A stretch of 64,000 nt of DNA from a bacterium (GCA_963675295.2 CAXXKJ010000002.1:1536001-1600000); one strand, 5' to 3'; shown: positions 12,458-23,728, counted from the first letter of the stretch. Program-made: numbers and translations. The notes: generated from the sequence alone by a model not told the origin.

Positions 12458-13200
12458 CGTCCGCCCTCCGGCACCTGGTGGGCGCGTTGGGCACGGATGA
12501 ATTCGCTGACAAACGGGTCAGCGGGGTTGGCTATCATCTCAGCCAGCGAACCGCGTTGCAGGATGCGGCCGTCCCGCATCAGCACGATGTCCTCGCTGAA
12601 GAACGCGGCTTCGGCGAGATCATGGGTGACCAGCACGATGGTCTTGCTGAGTTCGCGGAACATGTCGCGGAGTTCGTCCTGCAGCGAGGAACGGACCAGC
12701 GGGTCGAGTGCGCCGAGGGGTTCGTCCAGCAGCAGCACGTCTGGGTCGAGCAACAGTGCGCGCATCAGGGCGACACGTTGCCGTTGCCCGCCGGAGAGTT
12801 CGTAGGGGTAACGGGCGAGCGCGTCTTCAGGGAAATGGGTCAGCTCGCGCAGGCTGGCGAGACGGTCGTTGATCCATGGTTGCGGCTTGCGCAGTCGTTT
12901 CGCGAGCAACGTGATGTTCCCGGCGGCGGTGAGGTGCGGGAACAGGCCGCCGTCCTGGATGACGTACCCGATCCGGTGCCGGATGGCACGGATGCGGTCG
13001 ACAGTGAGCGGTTGGCCGTCGAAGCTGACGCTGCCCGCGTCCGGCTGCAACAGGCCGAGGAACTGCCGCAGCAGGGTGGACTTGCCGCAGCCGCTGGGAC
13101 CAATCAGGACCGTCAGCGACCCACGCGGCACCTCGAGGCTGATGTCCACGAGCACCGGCTGATTGTTGAAACGCTTTATCAGGTTGCGGCAGCGAAGCAT
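12454..13200 (-). CDS. Osmoprotectant ABC transporter ATP-binding protein
   Basis: Walker A GPSGCGKS, LSGGQ, LLLDEP; overlaps the permease start by 4 nt. Confidence 0.92.
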   Translation of the reverse strand: MLRCRNLIKRFNNQPVLVDISLEVPRGSLTVLIGPSGCGKSTLLRQFLGLLQPDAGSVSFDGQPLTVDRIRAIRHRIGYVIQDGGLFPHLTAAGNITLLAKRLRKPQPWINDRLASLRELTHFPEDALARYPYELSGGQRQRVALMRALLLDPDVLLLDEPLGALDPLVRSSLQDELRDMFRELSKTIVLVTHDLAEAAFFSEDIVLMRDGRILQRGSLAEMIANPADPFVSEFIRAQRAHQVPEGGR

Positions 13201-13275
13201 GGGGGTATGATACGGGATGCGGGGGACGCTTGCAGGGAATTATCATGGTTGACCAAGCGTCCTTGAGCGGAACAA

Positions 13276-14286
13276 CTAGCGCCGAACGCGCCTGCGGCGC
13301 TGTCGTTTGCGGCGTTGCCGGAGGATGGCGAACCGTTTCGCGAAATCGTTAAGCAGCGGGATGCCGTAGGTCTGGCCGACTCCGACCAGTGCACCGGCAA
13401 GCAGGGCGGCGACGGCAGAATCGCGTTTCACCAACGGACGTATCGAGAAGCCGACGCCGAAGGTGACGACCAGTCCGGTCGCCCCCTGGATGATGCGGCG
13501 TTTGCCCTTGGGTGAATCGATCACGAACCGTTTCTGCCCGGACATGTCGTGCCCGACCGCCAGACCGCCGGCGACACCGAGTGGGAACGCGGCGAGCGGG
13601 GTGCCGGTGACGACTCCGAGGATGGACAGCGCAAGCGCGAGGGTCGCGCTGCGCGGGCCGCGCGGCGAATTGTCCCACCAGTGCTGGAACCGTTGCTCAT
13701 ACACTTTCACCCCGGCGAGGGTGCCGATTCCGAGCAGCGCCCCGGCGATAATGTCGCGCGGGTAGTGGACTCCGAGATATACCCGTGACAAGGGAATGCT
13801 GGTCGCGACCGCGAGGCCGGTGGCCTGCAGCCACGTGTTTGGCGTGCGCATGGCGAGGAACAGGCCGAGCGCGACGGCGTTCTGGGCGTGTCCGCTGGGG
13901 AAGGTGAAATCGCCCGGCGCGACGAACGCGAGGTCATGGCGCGCGGCTTGCGGCGGACGCGGAAAGCGGAACCGTGCCTTGACCAGCTGGTTGATGAACA
14001 CCGACGGCAGGATCACGGCGGACAGGGTGTTTGCCGTGCGGCGGTCGTGCGCGCTGAACATCATCCCCATGAGCGCAAAGTAGGAGAATTCCGATCCCAG
14101 CGCGGCACAGAACAACGCGCCTGCATCAAGCAGAGGAGTCCGTTTTTCCGCACGCCGGATCGCGGTCACCGGGTCCGCAAGCCAGGGAATGAAGTCGGTT
14201 CCCTCGAACTGGCCGATGCCGAACGGGTCGTCGAGCGGCGGTTGCTCGGGTTGACGGCTGGAAATGTGCAGCAGAGGAAGGTGCAT
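13276..14286 (-). CDS. PAP2-family membrane phosphatase (start uncertain)
   Basis: KxxxxxxRP, PSGH and SRVYLGVHY motifs. Confidence 0.85.
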   Translation of the reverse strand: MHLPLLHISSRQPEQPPLDDPFGIGQFEGTDFIPWLADPVTAIRRAEKRTPLLDAGALFCAALGSEFSYFALMGMMFSAHDRRTANTLSAVILPSVFINQLVKARFRFPRPPQAARHDLAFVAPGDFTFPSGHAQNAVALGLFLAMRTPNTWLQATGLAVATSIPLSRVYLGVHYPRDIIAGALLGIGTLAGVKVYEQRFQHWWDNSPRGPRSATLALALSILGVVTGTPLAAFPLGVAGGLAVGHDMSGQKRFVIDSPKGKRRIIQGATGLVVTFGVGFSIRPLVKRDSAVAALLAGALVGVGQTYGIPLLNDFAKRFAILRQRRKRQRRRRVRR

Positions 14287-14548
14287 CAACCGTGCCGGTG
14301 CTTCGTGAGTGGATTGATCACATCGTTGACCAAAAGGTACACGCAGGGGTGGCACGCGGCAACCGTGCGACGCCGGAACGCCGGACGAGTGAGAAGGGTG
14401 TACCGGGGTGAGAGGAAACCGGGCCGACCATGTGATCATGACCGGCCCTGGGATATGTTCTGACTTTTGTTCATCCCGATCAGCTCGTTTGCGATCGGGG
14501 CATACAACTGTTTGATCCGCGTCTGCAAGCAGACACGGGCACATACCG

Positions 14549-14590
14549 AATCACCAACTCACCAACTCACCACTCACGAACTCACAACTG
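14549..14590. repeat. Short (A)ACTCACC tandem tract
   Basis: aatcacc aactcacc aactcacc actcacg aactcac, directly after the stop of the 14593 gene. Confidence 0.6.
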
Positions 14591-14592
14591 CT

Positions 14593-17500
14593 TTACTTCA
14601 CCAGCGTCAGTTTGTGGGTGACGTCCAGGTTGTTCGGGCTGACCACACGCAGGAAGTAGACGCCGCTGGTCAGGCGTGACCCGTACAGCGTGAACGTCTG
14701 GTATCCGGCGTTGTAGCTACCATCGGCGAGCCTGCTGACCAGCTGCCCGTTAACGTTGTAGACCTTGACGTTCAGCTCGGCGTTCGCCGGTAAACCGATC
14801 ACGATTTGCGTTTCCGGGTTGAACGGGTTCGGGTACACGCGTGCCAGCTCGAACTTCTGCGGAATGCCGGAGAACTGGGTCTCGGCCACCGAGGTCAGCA
14901 GCACGTTGAAGTTCGCCGGGTCGGAATACTCCCCGGTGTAGTCGCCGCCGTCATTGGCGAGCACGTGCCACGAATAGTCCCCGTTCTCGATGTCCGGCAC
15001 CTGGAAGCTGGTGCTGGTAGTCTCGCCGGAGTGGAACACGTTGCCCGGTTCGACGCCGCTGCCGGTCGCCAGTTCGTAGTAGTAGCCAGACGCGCCGGGG
15101 ACAGCATCCCAGCTGAACTCGACCGGTTCGTTATCGACCGTGCTGCCGTCCGCCGGATCGAGACTCTGCGGCTGCATCAGTTCGGCGGTCAGCATGCCCG
15201 GGCTGTCGGCATAGACCAGCTCGTCGTTCGCTTTGCTGATGCGGATGGTGTAGGTTTCGCCGGCTGTCGCGTTGTCGGTCAGTGCCCAGGCGAAGCTGCC
15301 GTCGCTGGTGGTTTGCGCTTCCAGCATCGGATCCCCGCCGCCGGATGGTACCAGCTGAATCAGGACGTCTTCGTCGAAATTGTCCTGCCAGGTGATGGTG
15401 TGTTCTTCGCCGATCGCCCAATTGACATCAGTGGCCGGCGTCAGGAACGCTACCGCCGGAGTGTTGAGGATCGAGAAGTCGCCGTCGCTGATGTCCTCGA
15501 TGCCCGTGAGTTCAAGAGCGCGGATACGAAGGCGCGCGTTGGTCGTCTCGGCACCGTTCGCCAGCCACTGGATGCTACCCGGGTCCGGGAAGCCCGGAAC
15601 GATGGTTTCCCAGTCGCCGTTCGGGTAGTCACGGTTCAGCTCGAGGGCGACACTGCCTTCGATCGCAACACTCTGCCAGCTGAAGGTGGTGTACATCCCG
15701 AGGGGCAGGATTTCGCCGCCGTTCGGCTGGATGATGGTGATGCTCGGTTCGACGATGGTGAACGCAGCGTCCGACTCATCCGTATACGATGGGTTGTCAA
15801 AGCTGGAGATGCGGACACGGGCGTTGTCCGTCATCGGGCCGGTAACGGTCCACGTTTCCGAGTAATCATTCGGCGTTGCGGCAAACAGCGTCTCCCAATC
15901 GCCGGTCGGGTAGTCACGATTGATCTCGATCATGACGTTTCCGTCAATCCCGAACGATCCCCAGTTGATCGCCTGATCCTCGCCGATCAGCCATTCCTCG
16001 CCGCCGTTCGGACGGGTGAGGGTGATGAACGGATCGGTGCTGACTTCTTCGGCTTCGCTCATCCAGATCCCGCGGCCGTAGGTTGCGGCGACGAGGTTGT
16101 TTGAGTTGGCGTGAAACTCGAGTTCGTTGACGATCACGTTCGGCAGGCCGGTGCTCCAGTTCTGCCAGTTGAGGCCGCCGTCATCGCTGAAGAAGACGCC
16201 GACGTCGGTGCCGATGTAGACGTGATTGCCATCGTACGGGTGCAACGCGACGCAGTTCACCGGCAGGTTCGGCAGGCCGGCGGAGAGGTTGTTCCAGCTT
16301 TCGCCGTAGTCGTAGCTGACAAAGACCTTTTCGTCCGAATCGTAACCGCCGACGGTGACGTAAACAATCGCCTCATTGAACGGATGCACGGCGATGTAGG
16401 TCGCGGGGGATGCGCCGACGCTGTTGATCTCCCAACTATCGCCGAAGTCGGTGGTGACGAGGACTTCGCCGTTCGGGTTGACACCGTAGACGACGTCCGA
16501 GTTGGACGGCGCGACGGCGAGCGCGGTCATTTTGTCGTTGGAACTACCACCGGCGGAGGGGCTCATCGGCGCCCAGGAATCCGCGCGGTTCATCGAACGG
16601 TAGATGCGGTTGGTGCCGAACCACATCACCTCCGGGTTGTTCTGGTCGATCACGTATGGCGTCACCCAGCGGCCATCCTCCATGATCCCGCTGGTGGCAC
16701 TCTGCCAGGAATCACCACCGTTCAACGACCGGCGCATGTCACCGTAGTAAACTTCGCCGAACATGATGTCGGGGTTGTCCGGCGCGATCGCGGCTTCCAT
16801 CCCGTCGCCGCCGATGACGGCGTAGTAATCGTCGCCGTCCATCAGCTTGGTGCCGTTGTCCTGGTTACCGAAGATGATCTTTTCAACGTCCTGCGAGCCC
16901 TGGTAGACACCGAGGCGGTACATCTGCTGCACGACCATGCCGTGGCTGATCTCGGTCCAGTTGTCGCCGCCATCGACGGTACGGTACAGGCCGCCGTCAT
17001 TGCCGTTGTAGAGCACGGGGATGTTGTTCTCGATGTAGAACTCGTGCCGGTGTTGGTCGGCGTGTACGTACGGGCCGGGTCCGTAGTACCAGAATCCGGT
17101 CAGATCCCAACTTGAGCCGCCGTTGGTGGATTTCCACACGTTGATGCCGCCGACATAGACTTCGTTGGCGTTCTGTGGATTGACCGCGAGGGTGAGGTCA
17201 TACCACGCCTGTCCGCCGGAGTCGTTACCGTTCTCGTCCCACCCGAGCAGGTTCGGCTGGTTCGACATCAACGACCACGTGTCGCCGCCGTCAAAACTTT
17301 TATAGAAGCCGTAAAAGCCGTTGCCTGAATTCGAATAGAGGGCATAGACCTGGTCGGGCGCGCCATCCGCGATTTCGACGTTGATGCGGCCGGTGTTGGA
17401 TGCCTGGTAGGGGATACCGTTTGTCAGCGCGGTCCAGTTTTCGCCGTCATCGGTGGAGCGGTAGACGCCGAGCCCGTTCGCCGCGAAGAACCAGGTGTCC

Positions 17501-18330
17501 GGATCAGACGCGGAGTATTCCAGATCGTGCGCGAAGTTTGTTGTGACCGTGTAGACGTTATCCCATGTATCGCCACCGTCAACGGTCTTGTAAATGCCAT
17601 TGCTCGTCGCGGCGATCAGCATCTGGTTGTCCTGCGCGTCCATGAAGACGCGGGAGATGCGTTCGCCGTCGAGCACGTCGTAGCTGAGCCCGGTGGTGTT
17701 CCAGGTCTGGCCGCCGTCGGTGCTCTTGAGAATGCCTACGGAGTAGGTGTCTCTGGCGTCTGCGTCCCCGGTTGCCAGGTACAGCGTGCTGGTGTTGCTG
17801 TGGTCAATGACGATATCACTGACTCCGAGGACGGGCAGGTGATCGGTCAGCGGCACCCAGGAGAACCCGCCGGTCCACGTTTCCCAGAGTCCGCCGGATG
17901 CCGCGCCGGCGTACATGTGGTTGTGGTTGGTCGGGTCTTGCGCCATGCAGTTGACGCGTCCCAAGCCGCCGACGTAACTGCCGGGGATCGGATCAAACGG
18001 GCCGAGCGGCAGCCAGTTGGCTTCGTCCAGCTCGTTGTCCGTGAACATCGCCTGGGTCTGTTCCCAGCCACGCCAGCGCGCGGCGGGATCGAAGTTTCCA
18101 TTTTCATCGAGACGGGTTTCCATGAACCAGCGCCAGCGCTGGAACTGCTTCCAGCCGGTGCCTTTGGCCGGTGTTTTGTCCACCCAGTAGGCGTCAAACG
18201 CGTCGAAGATTTCTTGGATCGTGGGCTCGGTGCTCCGGCCCCGGAATTGTTCCATCCACGGCTGCGCCATGACAGCCGATGCAGCGATGAGTAACGTGAG
18301 CAGTGCGGCGAACCATACACTACGCTTCAT
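14593..18330 (-). CDS. Large secreted BNR/Asp-box (VPS10/sialidase-like) beta-propeller protein with Ig-like repeats and a C-terminal sorting domain
   Basis: Signal peptide MKRSVWF...; many SxDGGxTW boxes; two 'PNGGE' Ig-like repeats; C-terminal 'YPNPFNP...SGVYFL...KLTLVK'. Confidence 0.85.
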   Translation of the reverse strand: MKRSVWFAALLTLLIAASAVMAQPWMEQFRGRSTEPTIQEIFDAFDAYWVDKTPAKGTGWKQFQRWRWFMETRLDENGNFDPAARWRGWEQTQAMFTDNELDEANWLPLGPFDPIPGSYVGGLGRVNCMAQDPTNHNHMYAGAASGGLWETWTGGFSWVPLTDHLPVLGVSDIVIDHSNTSTLYLATGDADARDTYSVGILKSTDGGQTWNTTGLSYDVLDGERISRVFMDAQDNQMLIAATSNGIYKTVDGGDTWDNVYTVTTNFAHDLEYSASDPDTWFFAANGLGVYRSTDDGENWTALTNGIPYQASNTGRINVEIADGAPDQVYALYSNSGNGFYGFYKSFDGGDTWSLMSNQPNLLGWDENGNDSGGQAWYDLTLAVNPQNANEVYVGGINVWKSTNGGSSWDLTGFWYYGPGPYVHADQHRHEFYIENNIPVLYNGNDGGLYRTVDGGDNWTEISHGMVVQQMYRLGVYQGSQDVEKIIFGNQDNGTKLMDGDDYYAVIGGDGMEAAIAPDNPDIMFGEVYYGDMRRSLNGGDSWQSATSGIMEDGRWVTPYVIDQNNPEVMWFGTNRIYRSMNRADSWAPMSPSAGGSSNDKMTALAVAPSNSDVVYGVNPNGEVLVTTDFGDSWEINSVGASPATYIAVHPFNEAIVYVTVGGYDSDEKVFVSYDYGESWNNLSAGLPNLPVNCVALHPYDGNHVYIGTDVGVFFSDDGGLNWQNWSTGLPNVIVNELEFHANSNNLVAATYGRGIWMSEAEEVSTDPFITLTRPNGGEEWLIGEDQAINWGSFGIDGNVMIEINRDYPTGDWETLFAATPNDYSETWTVTGPMTDNARVRISSFDNPSYTDESDAAFTIVEPSITIIQPNGGEILPLGMYTTFSWQSVAIEGSVALELNRDYPNGDWETIVPGFPDPGSIQWLANGAETTNARLRIRALELTGIEDISDGDFSILNTPAVAFLTPATDVNWAIGEEHTITWQDNFDEDVLIQLVPSGGGDPMLEAQTTSDGSFAWALTDNATAGETYTIRISKANDELVYADSPGMLTAELMQPQSLDPADGSTVDNEPVEFSWDAVPGASGYYYELATGSGVEPGNVFHSGETTSTSFQVPDIENGDYSWHVLANDGGDYTGEYSDPANFNVLLTSVAETQFSGIPQKFELARVYPNPFNPETQIVIGLPANAELNVKVYNVNGQLVSRLADGSYNAGYQTFTLYGSRLTSGVYFLRVVSPNNLDVTHKLTLVK

Positions 18331-18522
18331 GGTGGACCCTCCTGGTGCGACGAAAAAACCGTATCTCTGCGCCGGGTTAAACCGGCCTTTGTGCTTGCTG
18401 GTGAACCGCCGGTTTGTTGCAGCCGTCCCCGGACAGGGCCGCTGTTCGAAACCGGTACAGACTCCTAATATATACAAAGGGGATGCCAGAACCGGGTGGA
18501 GAGCCCGCTCAGGGGCAACGAC

Positions 18523-19329
18523 CTATGCCGTGAAGAACAACCGGATCACGACAAGGATCAGGAACACGCCGAAGATTTTCTTGTAGCGTGCGGCACCGGC
18601 TTTCTTGTTTAACCACGCTCCCAGCTGCGCGCCGGGAACGGAGGTGATTGCCAGCGAGGCGGCGACCAGCAGGTTGACGTGTCCGATGTAGACACCGTCC
18701 AGCTCCATCGCCGGGGTCTGCATCATGTAGCCGATCGAACCAGCCAGCGCGGCGAAGAGGACGGTACCACTGGAGGTTCCGGCGAGCTTGCCGGTGGCGG
18801 CGTGCGCGATGTACGCCAGCGCCGGGATCAGCACCAGGCCGCCCGCGAGGCCGGTGAGTCCGGCGAACAAGCCGGTGCCCAGCCCCATCAGTAGCCACGC
18901 GAACCACGGCAATTGCCGCATCGGGCCGAGATCGACCCGTTTTTCGGTGAGGAACCGGATCGCGGCGAACAGCAATACCAGCGCCAGCCCTTTCTGCAAC
19001 CACGTGCCGGGAATGTTCACAGCGAGCTGGCTTGCGATCCAAGAACCCGCCATGCTCGCCGGGGCGAGCCACGGGACCACTTTCCAGATCACGTTGCCCT
19101 GCTTGTGGTGCTTGTACGCGGAGGAACTGACGGAGAGGACTCCGACGGTGAGCGAGGTTCCCATCGCGACATGCACGATCAATTCCGGCGGCATGCCCTG
19201 CGCGCGGAACAGCTCGAGCAGCACCGGAACCATGATGACACCGCCGCCGATGCCGATGAACCCGGCGGAAATCCCCACGGCGACACCGATCGCCAGCAAA
19301 GAGAGCACAGTTGTAACATCAATCGGCAT
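18523..19329 (-). CDS. TauE/SafE (TSUP) family membrane transporter
   Basis: 'GFIGIGGGVIMVP', 'AMGTSL', internal repeat 'GLTGLAGG...AGTS'; ~8 TM. Confidence 0.88.
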   Translation of the reverse strand: MPIDVTTVLSLLAIGVAVGISAGFIGIGGGVIMVPVLLELFRAQGMPPELIVHVAMGTSLTVGVLSVSSSAYKHHKQGNVIWKVVPWLAPASMAGSWIASQLAVNIPGTWLQKGLALVLLFAAIRFLTEKRVDLGPMRQLPWFAWLLMGLGTGLFAGLTGLAGGLVLIPALAYIAHAATGKLAGTSSGTVLFAALAGSIGYMMQTPAMELDGVYIGHVNLLVAASLAITSVPGAQLGAWLNKKAGAARYKKIFGVFLILVVIRLFFTA

Positions 19330-19460
19330 CGGGATTTCCTTTCAAATCCAACAATTTGGTCATCAACGAAGTTCGCTCTTGCAAACCACTACTCTGGAGC
19401 GGTTCATTACATCCCTTTGGGGGGAGTGGTTTTGTTTTGACCCAACCTGGAGATGTGGCC

Positions 19461-21479
19461 ATGAAAATGCGAATCCTGTCGGTCCTCGTGCTCATCCTGG
19501 CTCTCACCGTGGGCGCTGAGGCCTACGAACGAACTGTGATGGTAGAGTATTTCAGTAACAACGCTTGCGGCCCATGCGGCACCTACTACTACGAAGTCGA
19601 GAACTTCTTCAACCAGTACACTAGAGAGGAAGCGGCTTTCATGGTGTACCACATGAGCTGGCCGAGCAGCGGCGATCCGTACTATGTGGCGAATCCGTCC
19701 GAAAACGGAGCCCGTCGCAGCTACTACAATTTCAACTCAGTTCCGTATTTCCGAGTTGACGGGATTTATGCGTCGACCAGTTTCTCTTCGTTGTTTGCTA
19801 ACATCGCTGCCCGAGTGGGACAATACACCCCGGTTGAAATCATTCTCGACGGCGGATACTACAACTTCGAGGGCGAGTTAACAGCGGAAATCACAGTCAA
19901 TTCCGATATCGCATTGGATGGATGTCGCCTGCAGGTCCTACTGATTGATCTGGACAGCCCTTATCCTCCAGGTTCGAATGGTCTCGATTATGTCTACAAC
20001 ATGTTGGACATGAATCCGACGGCATCCGGTACGGATCTCGGCGGTATCGGCGCGGGTGGATCTGAATCGTTCAGTTTCCAGTTCGAAACCTGGGCGGATC
20101 ATGAGCCGGACAACTACGGCTTCGTCTTCTTCGTGCAGGACTATGCGACCAAGGAAGTTCACCAGGCGCTTCAGGTGAATAGTGTCGACATCCTCTTCCC
20201 GTTGTTGACCTATATCGATTACGACGTTGACGATGCCGGCCAGGTGATGCCGAACGGCCGCCCTGATCCAGGTGAAACAGTGGAGATGACGGTTACCGTG
20301 CAGAACGACGTCGCCTTCCTCGCGACGGATAATCTGACCGCTACCCTCACCTGCGACAGCGATGAAATCAACATCACGCATGACGTCGCAAGTTATCCGC
20401 AGATCGTGCCGGGAACGATGATGTCGAATGCGTCCGACCCCTTCGTGATCGAAGTCCCGGATGATCTGGACCCTCAGTATGTGACCTTCACCGTGCAGTT
20501 TGTTGACGGTTCCGGCTATCAGGCGGAGTTCGAGATTCTGCAGCTGGTCGGTCAGCCGGCGGTTGCCATGATCGACGACAGCCCGGCGGACGAGGAGCTG
20601 TACCAGGTGTATTTCGACCTGATGCTCGAATCGGGTATCGTGATGGATGTGTTGACCGGAACGGAAGCGGTGACCACCGACATTTCCATGTTCGATGTGC
20701 TGGTGTGGAACACGTCGAACGCGACGGATGATGTGTTGAACGCGTTCGAGGTCAATGTGATCTCCACCTTCCTCGACGCCGGCGGCAAGGTGCTGCTCAG
20801 CGGTGAGAACATCGGTGAATTTGCCGGCACGGAAGATCTGCTCGCGGATTACTTCATGGCCGAACATGAACTGGATTATGTTGGCCAGTCCTACATCCTG
20901 TTGCTGGGTTCTGCGGACGGTCCGTTCCCGGACGCCGAACTGATCATCAGCGGAGGCGTAAGTACGACGGAGGGACAGTCCTCGGTAACGCCGTTGGCGG
21001 GTGCGGAGAGCCTGTTCTACTACTATTCCATCGAAAATATCGCCGGTGTCGGCTACACCGGCGACACATTCTCGACCGTGTACCTGCCGTTCAACCTGGA
21101 AGCGGTCTCGGGTGTGGGCGAATCATGGAGTGCGGCGGATCTGCTGTGGACTTGCCTGCACTGGATGGGCGCGACGACGTCCGTCGAGGATGCTCCGGCC
21201 GCGGAGGCCGTGCTGCCGCAAAACGTCACGCTGAGCGGTTATCCGAACCCGTTCAACGCGGCGATGACGGTCAGCTACACGTTGCCGGCGGCGGCGGAGG
21301 TCGAGCTGAGCGTGATCAATCTGCTCGGTCAGACGGTTGCCGAACTCAGCAGCGGCCAGGTAGCTGCCGGTGTGCATGAGGTGACGTGGGATGCGTCCAC
21401 GCTGTCCAGTGGCGTGTATTTCCTCAATCTGCGTGCCGGCGACGACATGCGGATGGAAAAGGTGATGCTGCTGAAGTGA
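19461..21479 (+). CDS. Secreted thioredoxin-fold/Omp28-like protein with C-terminal sorting domain, paralog 1 (CGPC)
   Basis: Signal peptide; 'VEYFSNNACGPC', 'YHMSWP', 'VPYFRVDG'; C-terminal YPNPFN...SGVYFL...LLK. Confidence 0.8.
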   Translation: MKMRILSVLVLILALTVGAEAYERTVMVEYFSNNACGPCGTYYYEVENFFNQYTREEAAFMVYHMSWPSSGDPYYVANPSENGARRSYYNFNSVPYFRVDGIYASTSFSSLFANIAARVGQYTPVEIILDGGYYNFEGELTAEITVNSDIALDGCRLQVLLIDLDSPYPPGSNGLDYVYNMLDMNPTASGTDLGGIGAGGSESFSFQFETWADHEPDNYGFVFFVQDYATKEVHQALQVNSVDILFPLLTYIDYDVDDAGQVMPNGRPDPGETVEMTVTVQNDVAFLATDNLTATLTCDSDEINITHDVASYPQIVPGTMMSNASDPFVIEVPDDLDPQYVTFTVQFVDGSGYQAEFEILQLVGQPAVAMIDDSPADEELYQVYFDLMLESGIVMDVLTGTEAVTTDISMFDVLVWNTSNATDDVLNAFEVNVISTFLDAGGKVLLSGENIGEFAGTEDLLADYFMAEHELDYVGQSYILLLGSADGPFPDAELIISGGVSTTEGQSSVTPLAGAESLFYYYSIENIAGVGYTGDTFSTVYLPFNLEAVSGVGESWSAADLLWTCLHWMGATTSVEDAPAAEAVLPQNVTLSGYPNPFNAAMTVSYTLPAAAEVELSVINLLGQTVAELSSGQVAAGVHEVTWDASTLSSGVYFLNLRAGDDMRMEKVMLLK

Positions 21480-21529
21480 GGCGCACCCGAGGCAACAGAC
21501 GCAACAGACAATTGATTCAGAGTTTATCC

Positions 21530-21564
21530 CTGCCACGGACGCGAGTTCGTGGCAGTTTTCTTTT
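21530..21564 (+). terminator. Rho-independent terminator after paralog 1
   Basis: CTGCCACGG...TCGTGGCAG followed by TTTTCTTTT; a similar hairpin follows paralog 2 (~23788-23823). Confidence 0.7.
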
Positions 21565-21700
21565 CAGGCTCCCCTGTGAGCGTTGCCCTGACTGTACAAC
21601 GTGCAATCCCGCTCCAGCCCTTGCGAACAGCCTGTCTGGAGCAGTTCCTTGCAGCAGTGCGGGTTTTCAGCCCGTAGCGATTCAACCTGGAGACGAGTCG

Positions 21701-23728
21701 ATGAAAATGCGAATCGTGTTGGTTCTCATGTTCATCCTGGCCTTTTCAGCGCATGTTCGGGCCTATGAGAAGACCGTACTGGTTGAGTTCTTCACGAATT
21801 ATTTAAGCCTCACCTGCCCGAGTCAGGAACCCGTCATCCTGCAGTGGTTGAACATCACCAGCCGCGATGACGCCGTACTGGTTACATACCACCTCGCATG
21901 GCCGGACCCGGAAGACTGGTATTTCGCTGCTAATCCAAATCCGGCTTCACGCTGGAATTACTACGTGCAGGGAACTCAGGGATTGCCCTATTTCATTGTG
22001 GACGGACTGGACAACAGCAACACCTTCAGTTCGCTGTTTACCGTGATTAACAACCATATCGGCAGTTACACACCAGTGGAGATTGCGGTTCAGGACGCCA
22101 CGATCCATCTGGATGGCACGATATCCGCGCAGGTAACCATCAGCAGTGACCAGGCGCTGAGCGGACACCGGCTGCACGTCGTGCTCAACGATATCATTTG
22201 CCCGTACGGAGAAGCACCGAACGGATATCAGAACTACCGCTACAACGTGCTGGACATGGTTCCAGACACTCTCGGCACCGATCTCGGCAGCATTCCGGCG
22301 GGTGGCTCGGAAAGCTTCGACTTCTCATTTGACCAGTCGCCAGACCACGACGAACAAAACCAGGGCATCACCTTCTTCGTGCAGAATGCCGCCTCCCGGG
22401 AAATCCTGCAGGTGAAGGCGGTTGACAACCTGACGATTGCCTATCCCAACCTCAGCGTGATGGAGTACCAACTGGACGATTCGGACCAGGTGTTGCCGAA
22501 CGGACGTCCCGACCCCGGCGAGAGTGTGGACCTGATCGTGACCGTGCACAACCAGGAGCTGTATCAGGCAACGAACAATCTCACCGCCAGCATCAGCTGC
22601 GACAACGATCAGATCACGTTCTCACATGATACAGTCACCTGGCCGGAAATTGCCCCGGGAGCTTCGGTGTCGAATGCGGCGGAACCGTTCGTGATCGATG
22701 TGCCGATGGGTGTGCCCGCCCAATTTGTCACCTTCAACGTGCAGTTCGAGGACGGGTCCGGGTACGAGCTGGAGTGGGATTTCCCGCAGCTTGTCGGCTC
22801 ACCCGACCTCGCACTGGTCGATGACAGCCCGGCGGATCTCGATTTGGACACGTATCTCTTCGACCTCGTGCTGCAGTCGGGTCTGACAATGGAGATTGTG
22901 ACCTCAGCGCAAGCGTTGACGACGGACCTCGACGAGTACGACGCGCTGGTGTGGCTTACGTCCAACGCGACAGTTGACGTGTTGACGACGCAAGAGGTCA
23001 ATGCGCTGTCGAGCTACCTCGATGCGGGCGGCAAGGTGCTGCTGAGCGGAGAAAACATTGGCGAAGCTACAGGCACCGGCGATCTGTTGGCCACGTGGTT
23101 TATGGTGCAGCATGAGCTGGATGACATCGGCGATCCGGCCGCGCAGCTGAACGGCTTTCCGGCGGGACCATTCCCGGAGGCGCTGCTGTTTCTCAGTGCT
23201 GGTGGCGCAGGCACGTCCGTAGCGCCGTCATCCATCACGCCGCTGCCGGGCGCAACCGGTTTGTTCGAGTATGACGTGGATGGATCGATCGGCGGGGTCG
23301 GCTACAACGGGGATACGTGGTCGGCCGTGTACCTGGCGTTCAACCTCGAAGCGGTATCCGGCAGTACTGAGTCCTGGCGCGGCGCGGATGTGCTCTGGAA
23401 CTGCATGCACTGGATGGGCGCGACGACATCGGTTGAAGAGGATTCCACGCCGGAATCGGTACTCCCGATGGCAGTGAAATTGACCGGTTTTCCAAATCCC
23501 TTCAATGCCGAAATGACGGTCAGCTATACGCTTCCGATGGCGGCGGAGGTAGAGCTGACGGTGGTCAATCTGCTCGGGCAGACCGTTGCCGAACTAAGCC
23601 GTGGCCAGCTAGCTGCCGGTGTGCATGAGGTTACGTGGAACGCGTCTACCCTGTCGAGTGGCGTGTATTTCCTCGGATTGCGGTCAGGTGACACACTACG
23701 GATGGAAAAGGTGGTCCTGTTGAAGTAA
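21701..23728 (+). CDS. Secreted thioredoxin-fold/Omp28-like protein, paralog 2 (SLTC)
   Basis: Colinear with paralog 1; 'VEFFTNYLSLTC'; same C-terminal sorting domain. Confidence 0.8.
   Translation: MKMRIVLVLMFILAFSAHVRAYEKTVLVEFFTNYLSLTCPSQEPVILQWLNITSRDDAVLVTYHLAWPDPEDWYFAANPNPASRWNYYVQGTQGLPYFIVDGLDNSNTFSSLFTVINNHIGSYTPVEIAVQDATIHLDGTISAQVTISSDQALSGHRLHVVLNDIICPYGEAPNGYQNYRYNVLDMVPDTLGTDLGSIPAGGSESFDFSFDQSPDHDEQNQGITFFVQNAASREILQVKAVDNLTIAYPNLSVMEYQLDDSDQVLPNGRPDPGESVDLIVTVHNQELYQATNNLTASISCDNDQITFSHDTVTWPEIAPGASVSNAAEPFVIDVPMGVPAQFVTFNVQFEDGSGYELEWDFPQLVGSPDLALVDDSPADLDLDTYLFDLVLQSGLTMEIVTSAQALTTDLDEYDALVWLTSNATVDVLTTQEVNALSSYLDAGGKVLLSGENIGEATGTGDLLATWFMVQHELDDIGDPAAQLNGFPAGPFPEALLFLSAGGAGTSVAPSSITPLPGATGLFEYDVDGSIGGVGYNGDTWSAVYLAFNLEAVSGSTESWRGADVLWNCMHWMGATTSVEEDSTPESVLPMAVKLTGFPNPFNAEMTVSYTLPMAAEVELTVVNLLGQTVAELSRGQLAAGVHEVTWNASTLSSGVYFLGLRSGDTLRMEKVVLLK

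Noticed and set aside
21780-21820. Selenocysteine (UxxC) in the thioredoxin-like paralogs
   Set aside because: No in-frame TGA; the codons read AGC-CTC-ACC-TGC (SLTC), and TGC in the other two paralogs.
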